From an uncultured delta proteobacterium (lineage in GTDB: Bacteria > Myxococcota > Myxococcia > Myxococcales > Myxococcaceae): a stretch of DNA of 64,000 nt. Positions 30,505 to 38,547 of this stretch are shown here, in pieces. The notes beneath the pieces were generated by a model. That model was given only the letters and a program-made list of their open reading frames with translations. It searched no databases and was not told the DNA's origin. A program made the position numbers and the translations under genes. Every line of letters starts with the position of its first letter. Position 1 is the first letter of the stretch. The stretch covers positions 256,001-320,000 of the forward strand of contig CAVQKE010000004.1 in assembly GCA_963713045.1 (NCBI GenBank), written 5' to 3'.

Positions 30505-31762
30505 CGCCCCTGCTGAGCCGCGCGTCCGCGCGCGCGCGCTGGACCTCCCCTTGGGCCGCTTCCGCCCAGGGCGGCACAACGCCATCACCGACGTGGAGGG
30601 CGTGTTGGTGGGCCATGCCACCATCATCCGCGGTGAAGGCCGGCTGCGCCCGGGGCATGGCCCGGTGCGCACCGGCGTGACCGCCATCCTGCCGAGCCAC
30701 GGCAACATCTTCATGGAACGACTGCACGGGGGCAGTTTCGTCCTCAACGGTGCCGGCGAGGTCTCCGGACTGACGCAGGTCATGGAATGGGGCCTTTTGG
30801 AGACACCCATTCTGTTGACCAACACCATGTCGGTGGGTGCCGTGTCCGACGCCGTGGCGCGCACCATGGTGGAGCGCTACCCCGGTATCGGCGATGAGCA
30901 TGACGTCATCATCCCGGTGGTGGGGGAGTGCGACGACAGCTGGCTCAATGACATCGCCGGCGTCCACGTGCATGAGGACCACGTCCGAGCGGCCCTGGCC
31001 GGCGCCCGGTCCGGGCCGGTGGCCGAAGGCAGCGTCGGCGGCGGCACGGGGATGATTACCTGCGACTTCAAGGGCGGCATCGGGACCAGCTCGCGAAAGT
31101 TGCCCGAGTCCAACGGCGGCTACACCTTGGGCGTGCTGGTGATGTCCAACTTCGGCAAGATGCACAACCTCCGGGTGGGCGGCCTGCCACTGGGGGAGGT
31201 TCTCGAGGAGCGCTTCCACAGTCTGCCCCGGAGGCAGGACAGTTACGGAAGCATCATTGCGGTGGTGGCCACCGACGCGCCGCTGTTGCCCAACCAGATT
31301 TCCCGCCTCTGCAAGCGGGTCGGCCTCGGGATTGGCCGGGTGGGCAGCTATGCCGCGCACGGCTCCGGGGAAATTGTGGTCGGCTTCTCCACCGCCAACA
31401 TCATCCCCCGGCGCACCAAGAAGATGGTGACGAAGGTAAAGCTGCTGCTCGACCAACGGCTGGACCCGCTGTACGAGGCGGTGATGGAGGCCACCGAGGA
31501 GGCCATTCTCAACGCCATTTGCATGGCCGGGCCGATGACGGGCATCAACGGACACACCTGCCCGGCGCTGCCCTTGGACGAGGTCCGCCGCTTCGTTGCC
31601 CTTTTTCAGCCGGTGCTTCCCCGCCGCCGACGCACGGCAGCGCCCAGCCCCCCGGGGCAGGCCGAGCGCACCGGGGCGGTGACGGTGGCCGAGGCCCTTC
31701 CCACCGCCGTCCGCGGCGCCGAGGGCATTCCCTTTCCCACCAAGCCGGCCCCGCCGGAGTGA
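30497..31762 (+). CDS. DmpA/peptidase S58 (P1) family L-aminopeptidase/D-esterase-amidase
   Basis: Motifs NAITDVEGVLVGH, RTGVTAI, NGAGE, PVVGECDD, EGSVGGGTGM and FKGGIGTSSR. Autocleavage site G|SIIAVVATDAPL. Confidence 0.92.
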   Translation: MNDAPAEPRVRARALDLPLGRFRPGRHNAITDVEGVLVGHATIIRGEGRLRPGHGPVRTGVTAILPSHGNIFMERLHGGSFVLNGAGEVSGLTQVMEWGLLETPILLTNTMSVGAVSDAVARTMVERYPGIGDEHDVIIPVVGECDDSWLNDIAGVHVHEDHVRAALAGARSGPVAEGSVGGGTGMITCDFKGGIGTSSRKLPESNGGYTLGVLVMSNFGKMHNLRVGGLPLGEVLEERFHSLPRRQDSYGSIIAVVATDAPLLPNQISRLCKRVGLGIGRVGSYAAHGSGEIVVGFSTANIIPRRTKKMVTKVKLLLDQRLDPLYEAVMEATEEAILNAICMAGPMTGINGHTCPALPLDEVRRFVALFQPVLPRRRRTAAPSPPGQAERTGAVTVAEALPTAVRGAEGIPFPTKPAPPE

Positions 31763-31881
31763 GGCGCCAGCCGTCCGCCCCGCCCGTCGGGGCTCGCCTT
31801 GGCACACCGCCCTCTGCTAGACGAGGCGCCCGTCCCCCTGCACCCCACCCGGGCGGAACGCGAAGCGAGGACACACGCGAC

Positions 31882-32019
31882 ATGGCACGCAGCCGCAGCA
31901 AGCACGAGCGCAAGCGGATGAAGATTCGCCAGGCATGGAAGAGGCGCCTCAAAACGAAGAAGGCCGCGGGCAAGGCGCCCGGCAGCAAGCCCGCCGCCGG
32001 CAAGGCTCCCGCGGCTTAG
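31882..32019 (+). CDS. Small (45 aa) Lys/Arg-rich protein
   Basis: ATG preceded by GAGGA. Reads MARSRSKHERKRMKIRQAWKRRLKTKK..., with coding-like codon usage. Confidence 0.65.
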   Translation: MARSRSKHERKRMKIRQAWKRRLKTKKAAGKAPGSKPAAGKAPAA

Positions 32020-32030
32020 ATTGACGCTAC

Positions 32031-32075
32031 GCGTTATTTCGGGTTGACCAAATTAGCGCGGCGCGTTAATAACGC
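32031..32075. promoter_or_regulatory. AT-rich nested palindromes and TTGACC box upstream of the phasin-like genes
   Basis: GCGTTATT (32031-38) pairs with AATAACGC (32068-75). ATTAGCGCG-G-CGCGTTAAT spans 32052-70. TTGACC at 32044. Confidence 0.5.
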
Positions 32076-32125
32076 TCTGCGCCTGGGCGGAGCGCTGAAT
32101 TCCTCCCGCCCTTGAGGACACAGCC

Positions 32126-32512
32126 ATGGCAAAAACTGACGTGCAGGGGTTTGTGAAGGGGCAATTTACCGTGGCGCAGAAGCGCCTGGTGGCTTTCGAA
32201 GCAGAGGCCGAGAAAGTCCTGAAGAATCTCATCGCCCGGGGGCAGGACTCGCGCAAGGAGTTGGATGCGCTTCTCGAGCGGCTTAGCGCCGCGGAGCTGA
32301 AGGTCCTCAACGGCTCCATCCGCGAACTGGCGAAGCGGGCGCAGGACGCCTCGGCGGAAGCCCGCAAGAAGCTGGAGGAGTTTCAGGCGCGCGTCCTCGA
32401 AGCCGCGGGCGTTGCCAGCCAGCACCAAGTCCGTGCCCTCAAGGGGCAGCTGAACAGGCTTTCCCGCCGGCTGGACAGCATCGCCGGGGATAAACCGGAC
32501 GCGCGCGCCTAA
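32126..32512 (+). CDS. Phasin-like (granule-associated) coiled-coil protein
   Basis: Amphipathic helical 128-aa protein with the GVAS..QV..L...L..LSRRLD tail typical of phasin-family proteins. GAGGA ribosome-binding site. Confidence 0.65.
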   Translation: MAKTDVQGFVKGQFTVAQKRLVAFEAEAEKVLKNLIARGQDSRKELDALLERLSAAELKVLNGSIRELAKRAQDASAEARKKLEEFQARVLEAAGVASQHQVRALKGQLNRLSRRLDSIAGDKPDARA

Positions 32513-32636
32513 AGCCGGGTCCAAAGCGACCTGGTCGTTGGGGCGACTTTCGAGCGTTGTGGCGCTGGGCACCTTACACTTGTCCACGCGCAGTCGCTTT
32601 TTCCCCACCCTGACGGGTGCACGCTGGAGCCTCCTC

Positions 32637-32984
32637 ATGGCGGAAGACAAGGAAAAACGGCCCCTTAGCGACGTAGTTGAGCGCATGTGGGGGCAGGCCC
32701 TGGTGGCCGTTTCCTCGGTGGAGGAGGAGGCGGCACAGCTGGTGCAGCGTCTTCAGGCCGTGGGCGGCTGGAGCCAGGATGAAGTCCGGCGTCAGGTGGC
32801 GGAGCTATCCGAACGGTTGGCAACCCAGCGCCAGGCGCTGGAGAAGGGGATTGAGGACGGCGTCCGACGGGCCGTGACGCGGCTGCGCGTCCCTCGACGC
32901 GAGCAGCTTCAGGCCCTGCAGGTCCGGCTGGACCGAATTGCGGCCCGGTTGGAACAACTCGACCAGCGACGCCCACCCAGCTGA
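32637..32984 (+). CDS. Phasin family protein
   Basis: MWGQALVAV...EEEAAQLV...RLRVPRREQLQAL..RLDRIAARLE pattern. Confidence 0.7.
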   Translation: MAEDKEKRPLSDVVERMWGQALVAVSSVEEEAAQLVQRLQAVGGWSQDEVRRQVAELSERLATQRQALEKGIEDGVRRAVTRLRVPRREQLQALQVRLDRIAARLEQLDQRRPPS

Positions 32985-33031
32985 GACACCCGACTTTTTC
33001 CAAGGACACGCCCCACAGCCCCTTCAGACCC

Positions 33032-33709
33032 ATGCGCCGCCTCCTCTTTCAGCTGCACGCGCTCTCCTCGCACTGCGCGGTGCTTCCGCTGCTGGCCGGG
33101 CTCCTCGTCCTGGGGGCGGCGCGCGTCGCGGGCGTGGTGCGGGGTCCAGCCGTCGCCCCAAGGGTGGAGGTCGCCGCGTCGACGGCGCCGGACCAGGCCC
33201 TGATTGACGCAGTCCTGGCGAAGCGGGCCCCAGAGCTGGGCCTCATCCTTCGGACGCAGGTGGGCCGTGCCATTGCCGAGGAAGCCCGGCGGGCCGGCTA
33301 TGACCCTCTCCTCGTCCTCGCCATCATCGACGTGGAGAGCGAATTCGACGAGGGCGCGGTCAGCTCCGTCGGGGCCCGCGGCTTGATGCAGATTCGCCCC
33401 AACACCCTCCAATTCCTCGCCGAGCGCGAGGGGTTGCGGCTGTCTCCCGAGGAGGTCGCTGCCGACCCCGCGCTCTGCGTCCGGCTGGGCATCCGCTACC
33501 TGCGCTGGCTGCAAGAGCGCTTCGGCGGAGAGCTGGAGCTGGCGTTGATGGCCTACAACGGAGGGCCGGACCGGATTCGCCAAGCACTGCGCTCTCGCGA
33601 GCTGGACGCCTACCGCTTCTACCCTCGGCGCGTGAAGCGGCGCTTCGTCAGGTTCCGGACCGGCGAAGGCCTGGCCGGCGATTGGGCGTTCGCCCAGCGC
33701 GAGCGCTGA
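33032..33709 (+). CDS. Lytic transglycosylase (SLT domain)
   Basis: Motifs LAIIDVESEF, AVSSVGARGLMQI, GIRYL and ALMAYNGG. N-terminal membrane anchor. Confidence 0.92.
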   Translation: MRRLLFQLHALSSHCAVLPLLAGLLVLGAARVAGVVRGPAVAPRVEVAASTAPDQALIDAVLAKRAPELGLILRTQVGRAIAEEARRAGYDPLLVLAIIDVESEFDEGAVSSVGARGLMQIRPNTLQFLAEREGLRLSPEEVAADPALCVRLGIRYLRWLQERFGGELELALMAYNGGPDRIRQALRSRELDAYRFYPRRVKRRFVRFRTGEGLAGDWAFAQRER

Positions 33710-33768
33710 CCCCTCGGCGGCTTGCAGCCGCTGGCGCGGCGTGGCAATCAGATGGGTTGGGCCTGCCG

Positions 33769-34227
33769 ATGTTCAACCTCGACGACACCGTTCGTGCACT
33801 GGACGCCACGCGCGAGCAATTGGCGGCGCTTTTCCAGAGCATCAACGCGCCCCACGTGGCCATTCCCGGTCGACGCGCCGGGCCGGCCCAGGCCTTCATC
33901 GCCTGCCTGCGCAGCACCCAGGGATTCACCGTCAGCGTCTACCTGTGGCTGAGCGAGTCCCATGATTGCGCGGCGTACCTCACCGAGCGCGTCGCGCAGA
34001 CGCCGGAGGACTACCGCACGCTGCAGACAGACGCGCTGGCCTTTGTCGAGTCGATGGGTTTCATGATGGACAACCTCAACTACCGGGCCTTGCCCCCGGA
34101 GCGTCAGACGGAGGTGCTGGTCTCTCTACCCATGTACCGGGGCAAGGCCAACACCGCTGCAGCATCAGGGGAGAGGCCGCAACTGTCATCCACCGCGCGG
34201 CTGGCCCGTCTCTTCTCATCCTTCTGA
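33769..34227 (+). CDS. Conserved myxobacterial protein immediately upstream of tgl
   Basis: Motifs SINAPHVAIPG and FVESMGFMMDNLN. Its stop is 2 nt before the tgl ATG. Confidence 0.65.
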   Translation: MFNLDDTVRALDATREQLAALFQSINAPHVAIPGRRAGPAQAFIACLRSTQGFTVSVYLWLSESHDCAAYLTERVAQTPEDYRTLQTDALAFVESMGFMMDNLNYRALPPERQTEVLVSLPMYRGKANTAAASGERPQLSSTARLARLFSSF

Positions 34228-34229
34228 AA

Positions 34230-35024
34230 ATGCCCAACCATTCCGTGTTGCTTCGAGCGCTGTTGGGAGCCGCTCTCCTCAATGTCGGCTGCCAGCACGG
34301 CCCGGACCCCAAGGCGCAGCGGGCGGCGGAAATTCAGAATGACCTCGCCGTCGGCTCCCTCAACCAGGGCGACTTCCAGTCAGCCTACCAAGAATTTCAA
34401 CAGGCCGTGGCAATGGACGACACCCTCGCGGACGCCCACAACGGCCTCGGCTTGGTGCTCCACCTCAACTACCAGAAGACCGCCGAAGCGGAAGTCCAGT
34501 ACAAACGGGCCATTGAGCTTCGGCCCACCTTTTCCGAGGCCCGGGTCAACCTGGGAAACCTCTACCTGGACGAAGGCCGCTACGACGAGGCGATTGCCCA
34601 GTACGAGGTCGCCCTCAACGACATGCTGTACCGCACGCCCCATTTCGCCCAGTCCAACCTTGGCTGGGCGCTCTACAAAAAGGGAGAGACCGAGAAGGCG
34701 ATTGAGTCGGTGCGGGCCGCCGTCACCGCCGTCCCCAACTTCTGCCAAGGCTGGCGGACGCTGGGGATGATTTACGAAGGCAGCGGCCACACCGACAAGG
34801 CCTGCGAGGCTTTCGCCGAGTACGCCCAGGACTGTCCAGCCGTGGCCGATGCGCACCAGCAGCTCGGCCTGTGTCGCGTCAGACTCGGCCGGACCGAACT
34901 GGCCCGAGCCAGCTTTGCCGCCTGTGTCGAACACGCCGGCCCAGGTCCGCTTCGCGAGGATTGCGTCAGTTACCTCACCCGCCTCGGCGGAAGCCTGCCG
35001 GCCCCGCCGGTCGCCAAGCCCTAG
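34230..35024 (+). CDS. tgl: Type IV pilus pilotin lipoprotein with TPR repeats (Tgl/PilF/PilW)
   Basis: Lipobox NVGC, TPR repeats (AHNGLGL, ARVNLGNLY, NLGWALY), NDMLYRTP and Cys-rich C-terminal TPRs. Confidence 0.85.
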   Translation: MPNHSVLLRALLGAALLNVGCQHGPDPKAQRAAEIQNDLAVGSLNQGDFQSAYQEFQQAVAMDDTLADAHNGLGLVLHLNYQKTAEAEVQYKRAIELRPTFSEARVNLGNLYLDEGRYDEAIAQYEVALNDMLYRTPHFAQSNLGWALYKKGETEKAIESVRAAVTAVPNFCQGWRTLGMIYEGSGHTDKACEAFAEYAQDCPAVADAHQQLGLCRVRLGRTELARASFAACVEHAGPGPLREDCVSYLTRLGGSLPAPPVAKP

Positions 35025-35070
35025 GACGGATGCCGGTGGAGGCCTTCACCCTTGCGGCTGCCCATTCTTA

Positions 35071-35805
35071 ATGGAGCGCTTCGTCGACGAGGCGCTGGTC
35101 CTCGGCACGGTGGACTATGGCGACGCCGACCGTGTGGTGACGCTTTTCACCAAGGGGAGAGGCAAGTTGTCGGCCTTCGCCGCCGGGGCCCGAAAAAGCC
35201 GCCGCCGCTTCGCCGGTGCGCTGGAGCCCTGCACCTGGCTCCGGGCGCAGCTGGTGGAGCGGCGGGGCTCCACGCTGCGGCTGGATGGCGTGGACGTGGT
35301 CCAGGCCTTCGCCGGACTGCGCTTCGACCTCTCCCGCATCGGTCGAGCGCTGTACGTGGTCGAGCTATGCCGAGAGCTGTTGCGCGACCAGGAGCCGCAT
35401 ACCGAACTCTTCGACGTCACCACCCGCTGGCTGACTCTCCTCGAGCGGGGCCAGGCCGGCCCCACCTCACTTCTGGCCTTCGAACTGGAAGCCCTCTCTC
35501 TCGCCGGACTTCAGCCGCGCTTCGACGGATGCTCCGTCTGCGGGGGCGCCCTCGGCGGGGACCCTCGCTTCGACGCTGCCCACGGTGGAGGGGTGTGCGC
35601 CGGATGCCAGTCCAGAGCGCCCGGGGCCGCCCGCGTACCTCCGGAACTGCTCGCAGCACTGGCCAGCCTGCAGGCCGGGGAGCGCAACCCGTTGAGTCCG
35701 CCGGTGCGAGACCGGGCGCGGGCGCTCCTCAACGCCTTCATCTCCCACCACCTGGGGCGAGAGCTGCGCGGCGTCGACTTCCTTCGCCAGCTGGGCGTCG
35801 ACTGA
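35071..35805 (+). CDS. recO: DNA repair protein RecO
   Basis: DYGDADRVVTLFT...GARKSRRRF, and a CSVCG...GGVCAGC zinc finger. Confidence 0.95.
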   Translation: MERFVDEALVLGTVDYGDADRVVTLFTKGRGKLSAFAAGARKSRRRFAGALEPCTWLRAQLVERRGSTLRLDGVDVVQAFAGLRFDLSRIGRALYVVELCRELLRDQEPHTELFDVTTRWLTLLERGQAGPTSLLAFELEALSLAGLQPRFDGCSVCGGALGGDPRFDAAHGGGVCAGCQSRAPGAARVPPELLAALASLQAGERNPLSPPVRDRARALLNAFISHHLGRELRGVDFLRQLGVD

Positions 35806-35833
35806 CGGCCGCGCGCCTCCCGGTGGGACGCTT

Positions 35834-37324
35834 CTATGGGTAGTCCTCGGCCGGACAGGTGCCGGACAGTGGAGAGCACGCGCTGAAGTACACGTACGGC
35901 TGCCCATTGGGGCCAGCGCAGTAGGTGCTGGTTGGCTCATTGACGGTCGGGAAGCTTTGACAGGTGACTTGTGTGCCGTCGCTTCCCGGTGGACAGGCCT
36001 GCCCCAGCACGCAGTCGCCGTAGATGATGCCGCTGCAGCCGAAGCCGCTTGGGCAGTCCGCGTCGGTGGTGCAGGTGCTGCCACAGAAGTGGGCCGTCGT
36101 CCCCTCGACGATGAATTGCAGACAGGAATAGTTGCTCAGTGAATTGCAGTCCCCGACTTGGTCGAAGCAAGCCTGGCAGTTGACGTTGCTGGGGTTGTAG
36201 CTGCACGTCCCGTCGGCGTTGCAGTAGGAGTTGACGGGGCATGAGTCGTTGCTGATGCAGGAGGACTGGCAGCTGCCCAGGACCGGTGGACTCACCCCCA
36301 GGTTCTCGCCGACGCAGGACGGCTTGGAGACGTCGGCGGCAACCGGCTGAATCGGGCAGTCCGAATTGGCGTAGCAGCCGGGAATGCACTGGCCGCCCTG
36401 ACAGACTTCGGCAAAGCCGGGGATGGGGTTGGGTTGAATGTAGTTGCAGTCGGCATTGGTGGCGCAGGCGCCAACCACCACCGGAAGGCAGACGTTGGTG
36501 TTGACGTTGCAGAAACTGCCCGCCGGGCAGTCCAGGTTGGTGGTGCAGCTGGAGGCCGACTGGCAGAAGCCGAGGCTGTTGCAGTAGTCGCCGGCTGGGC
36601 AGCCGCTGCTGTTGAGGCACTTGCAGGCGCCGGAAGTCGGGTCGCAAAAGGCGTTGGCGGGATTGCCACAGGCGTTGGGATTGGTGCTGTCACAGACGCA
36701 GCGTTGGGCGTTGGGGTCCTGCACGAAGCCAGCCGGGCAGCAGCTATTGCCGGAGCAAACGCAGGCCCTGACCGAGGCGTTGTAGGTGTAATTGGTGGGA
36801 CAGCAGGATGTCTCCGCGCAGATGCAGGAATTCCGGGTGCTGTCGAAGACGTAATTGACCGGGCAGCAGCCGTCGGACTGGCAGACGCAGGCGCCGGCGT
36901 CCGCGTCGTAGCCGAAGCCCGCAGGACAGCAGAAGTCCGCCGCGCAGCGGCAGCCTTGCTCCACCGCGTCGAAGGTGTAGCCGGTGGGACAGCAGGATTG
37001 ACCGCTGCAACCGCACATTTGCTGCGCAGCGTTCCAGACGTACTGGGCCGGGCAACAGGCTGACGCGTGGCAAACGCAGGCGTTGCTGGAAAGGGAAAAT
37101 TGGTAACCCGTCGGGCAACAGCTGTCACTCCGGCATTCGCAGCTGCCGCTGTTGCAGACGTAGCCCGCGGGGCACCCCTGGTCGGCGAAGCACTGGCAGC
37201 TGCCGCCATCCACGTTGTCGCCGTCGAGGCATAGTCCGCCCAGCGCCGTCCTCCCGCACCCGGTCAGCAAGCCCAGCCCCGCCAGGGCGATGAGCAGCGG
37301 GCGAAGTGGGGCAGGGCGGCTCAC
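35834..37324 (-). CDS. Cysteine-rich lipoprotein with tandem 21-aa Cys repeats and Dickkopf-like Cys modules
   Basis: Lipobox LTGC after GTG 37324, very high Cys content, and repeats C-x4-CCP-x2-[YF]-x8-C-x. Confidence 0.85.
   Translation of the reverse strand: MSRPAPLRPLLIALAGLGLLTGCGRTALGGLCLDGDNVDGGSCQCFADQGCPAGYVCNSGSCECRSDSCCPTGYQFSLSSNACVCHASACCPAQYVWNAAQQMCGCSGQSCCPTGYTFDAVEQGCRCAADFCCPAGFGYDADAGACVCQSDGCCPVNYVFDSTRNSCICAETSCCPTNYTYNASVRACVCSGNSCCPAGFVQDPNAQRCVCDSTNPNACGNPANAFCDPTSGACKCLNSSGCPAGDYCNSLGFCQSASSCTTNLDCPAGSFCNVNTNVCLPVVVGACATNADCNYIQPNPIPGFAEVCQGGQCIPGCYANSDCPIQPVAADVSKPSCVGENLGVSPPVLGSCQSSCISNDSCPVNSYCNADGTCSYNPSNVNCQACFDQVGDCNSLSNYSCLQFIVEGTTAHFCGSTCTTDADCPSGFGCSGIIYGDCVLGQACPPGSDGTQVTCQSFPTVNEPTSTYCAGPNGQPYVYFSACSPLSGTCPAEDYP
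36695..37135 (-). repeat. Seven tandem 63-nt (21-aa) coding repeats
   Basis: CRSDSCCPTGYQFSLSSNACV / CHASACCPAQYVWNAAQQMCG / CSGQSCCPTGYTFDAVEQGCR / CAADFCCPAGFGYDADAGACV / CQSDGCCPVNYVFDSTRNSCI / CAETSCCPTNYTYNASVRACV / CSGNSCCPAGFVQDPNAQRCV. Confidence 0.92.
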
Positions 37325-37325
37325 G

Positions 37326-38459
37326 TCAGTTGGAGATGGCGTAGAGGATTTGAACCTGCGCTCCGGGAGGGGGGATGTAGGCGCCCTGAAAGACGACACT
37401 GTTGGTGCTCGGCTGGTACTGCCAGCCGTTGACCACATTCTGCGGAATGGACATGCCGTTGACGGTGACCGACAGCGTCCCGGCGGCCGGGGGCAGCGTC
37501 AGCGGGAACACTTGGCGGAGGGTGTGGAGAGCTTGGACGATGCGCAGCAGGGTGGCGGCGAAGTCGGCGTCACAAATGCTGCCCACCACGCCCCCGGTGC
37601 CAAAGGAAACCGCGGCGTAGCGGGCTGCGGGCGGTGCCGCGCCCCCCAGCTTTCCCACGTCGATGGCGGGCGTACACCCGTTGGGAAGGTCGCCCCCCAG
37701 GGTCGAGAACGTCACCAGCCGCTCGTTCCCCGGGCCCTTCGCGCCCTGGTAGAAGCGCGTGTAGTAGTCGGGGTCTCCGTAGCTGGCATCCTCGCCGTTG
37801 GTGACGACGATGACGGCCAGCGCCGCGCTCGGACGGACGAAGCCGGCATTGCTGCCTCCGGGGGCCGCGTTGGGCGCACTCAGGGCAAGCTCGCCCATGC
37901 GCAGGCCCTGGTCCCAGTGAAGCAGCGTCGCCGGGAAGTTGGTGAGGTCTTGGAAGACGGCAGCTGCGTTGGGGGTGGCGTTGGTGATGATGGTGGTGCC
38001 TGGCGCCACAGTCGTGCTCTGCCGCAACTGCCCGGCGAACATTTGCCCAGGCACCACGCCCAGTGGCGCATTGGGGTCCTGCAGCATGGTGACCCCAATT
38101 TGGTAGTCGCTCTGGATGGCCACCAATTCATTGAGGAAGCCCTGAAAGTCGCTCCCTAGGGTGGTCCGTTCGTCCGCCATCGAGCCCGAGGCGTCGATGA
38201 CCCACAGGATGTCGACCACACCATTGGTTTGGGTGAAGACGTCAGTCTGAAAGGAGGCCAGTGCGAGCGGGTTGGCCAGCACCACCTGGCCCACCGTTTG
38301 TCGGTCCACCACCGGCGGCAACAATTCGATGGGGGAAAGCGTCGGCGGAGCCACCGCGGGAACCGTCGACCCAGTCTGGCTCGCGCTTCCGGCTTTGTCG
38401 CAACCCAAAAAGGCGAGCGCGATGAGGACCGGCAAGGGTACAAAGAGTGCGCGCGCCAT
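37326..38459 (-). CDS. Lipoprotein with a von Willebrand factor A-like domain
   Basis: Lipobox FLGC, MIDAS-like VDILWVIDASGSM, and LAVIVVTNGED. Confidence 0.8.
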   Translation of the reverse strand: MARALFVPLPVLIALAFLGCDKAGSASQTGSTVPAVAPPTLSPIELLPPVVDRQTVGQVVLANPLALASFQTDVFTQTNGVVDILWVIDASGSMADERTTLGSDFQGFLNELVAIQSDYQIGVTMLQDPNAPLGVVPGQMFAGQLRQSTTVAPGTTIITNATPNAAAVFQDLTNFPATLLHWDQGLRMGELALSAPNAAPGGSNAGFVRPSAALAVIVVTNGEDASYGDPDYYTRFYQGAKGPGNERLVTFSTLGGDLPNGCTPAIDVGKLGGAAPPAARYAAVSFGTGGVVGSICDADFAATLLRIVQALHTLRQVFPLTLPPAAGTLSVTVNGMSIPQNVVNGWQYQPSTNSVVFQGAYIPPPGAQVQILYAISN

Positions 38460-38547
38460 AGAGACGAAGTGAGGCGAGCATCCCGTAGCCCTCCTCAACT
38501 CGCAAGCTTCGGACCAAGTTGGTGCTAGCCTCCTCGTCACGAGGGAA

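Noticed and set aside
31799..31820. TTGGCAC...TGCT resembling a sigma54 promoter
   Set aside because: The GG-to-GC spacing is 12 nt rather than the required 10.
36695..37135. 63-nt periodicity considered as a possible CRISPR or non-coding repeat array
   Set aside because: The repeats are conserved at the amino-acid level (Cys, Pro, aromatic) and degenerate in DNA. There are no identical direct repeats and no cas genes.
35834..37324. Possible TraA kin-recognition receptor
   Set aside because: It has a lipobox rather than a type I signal plus MYXO-CTERM tail, and there is no adjacent OmpA-domain traB.
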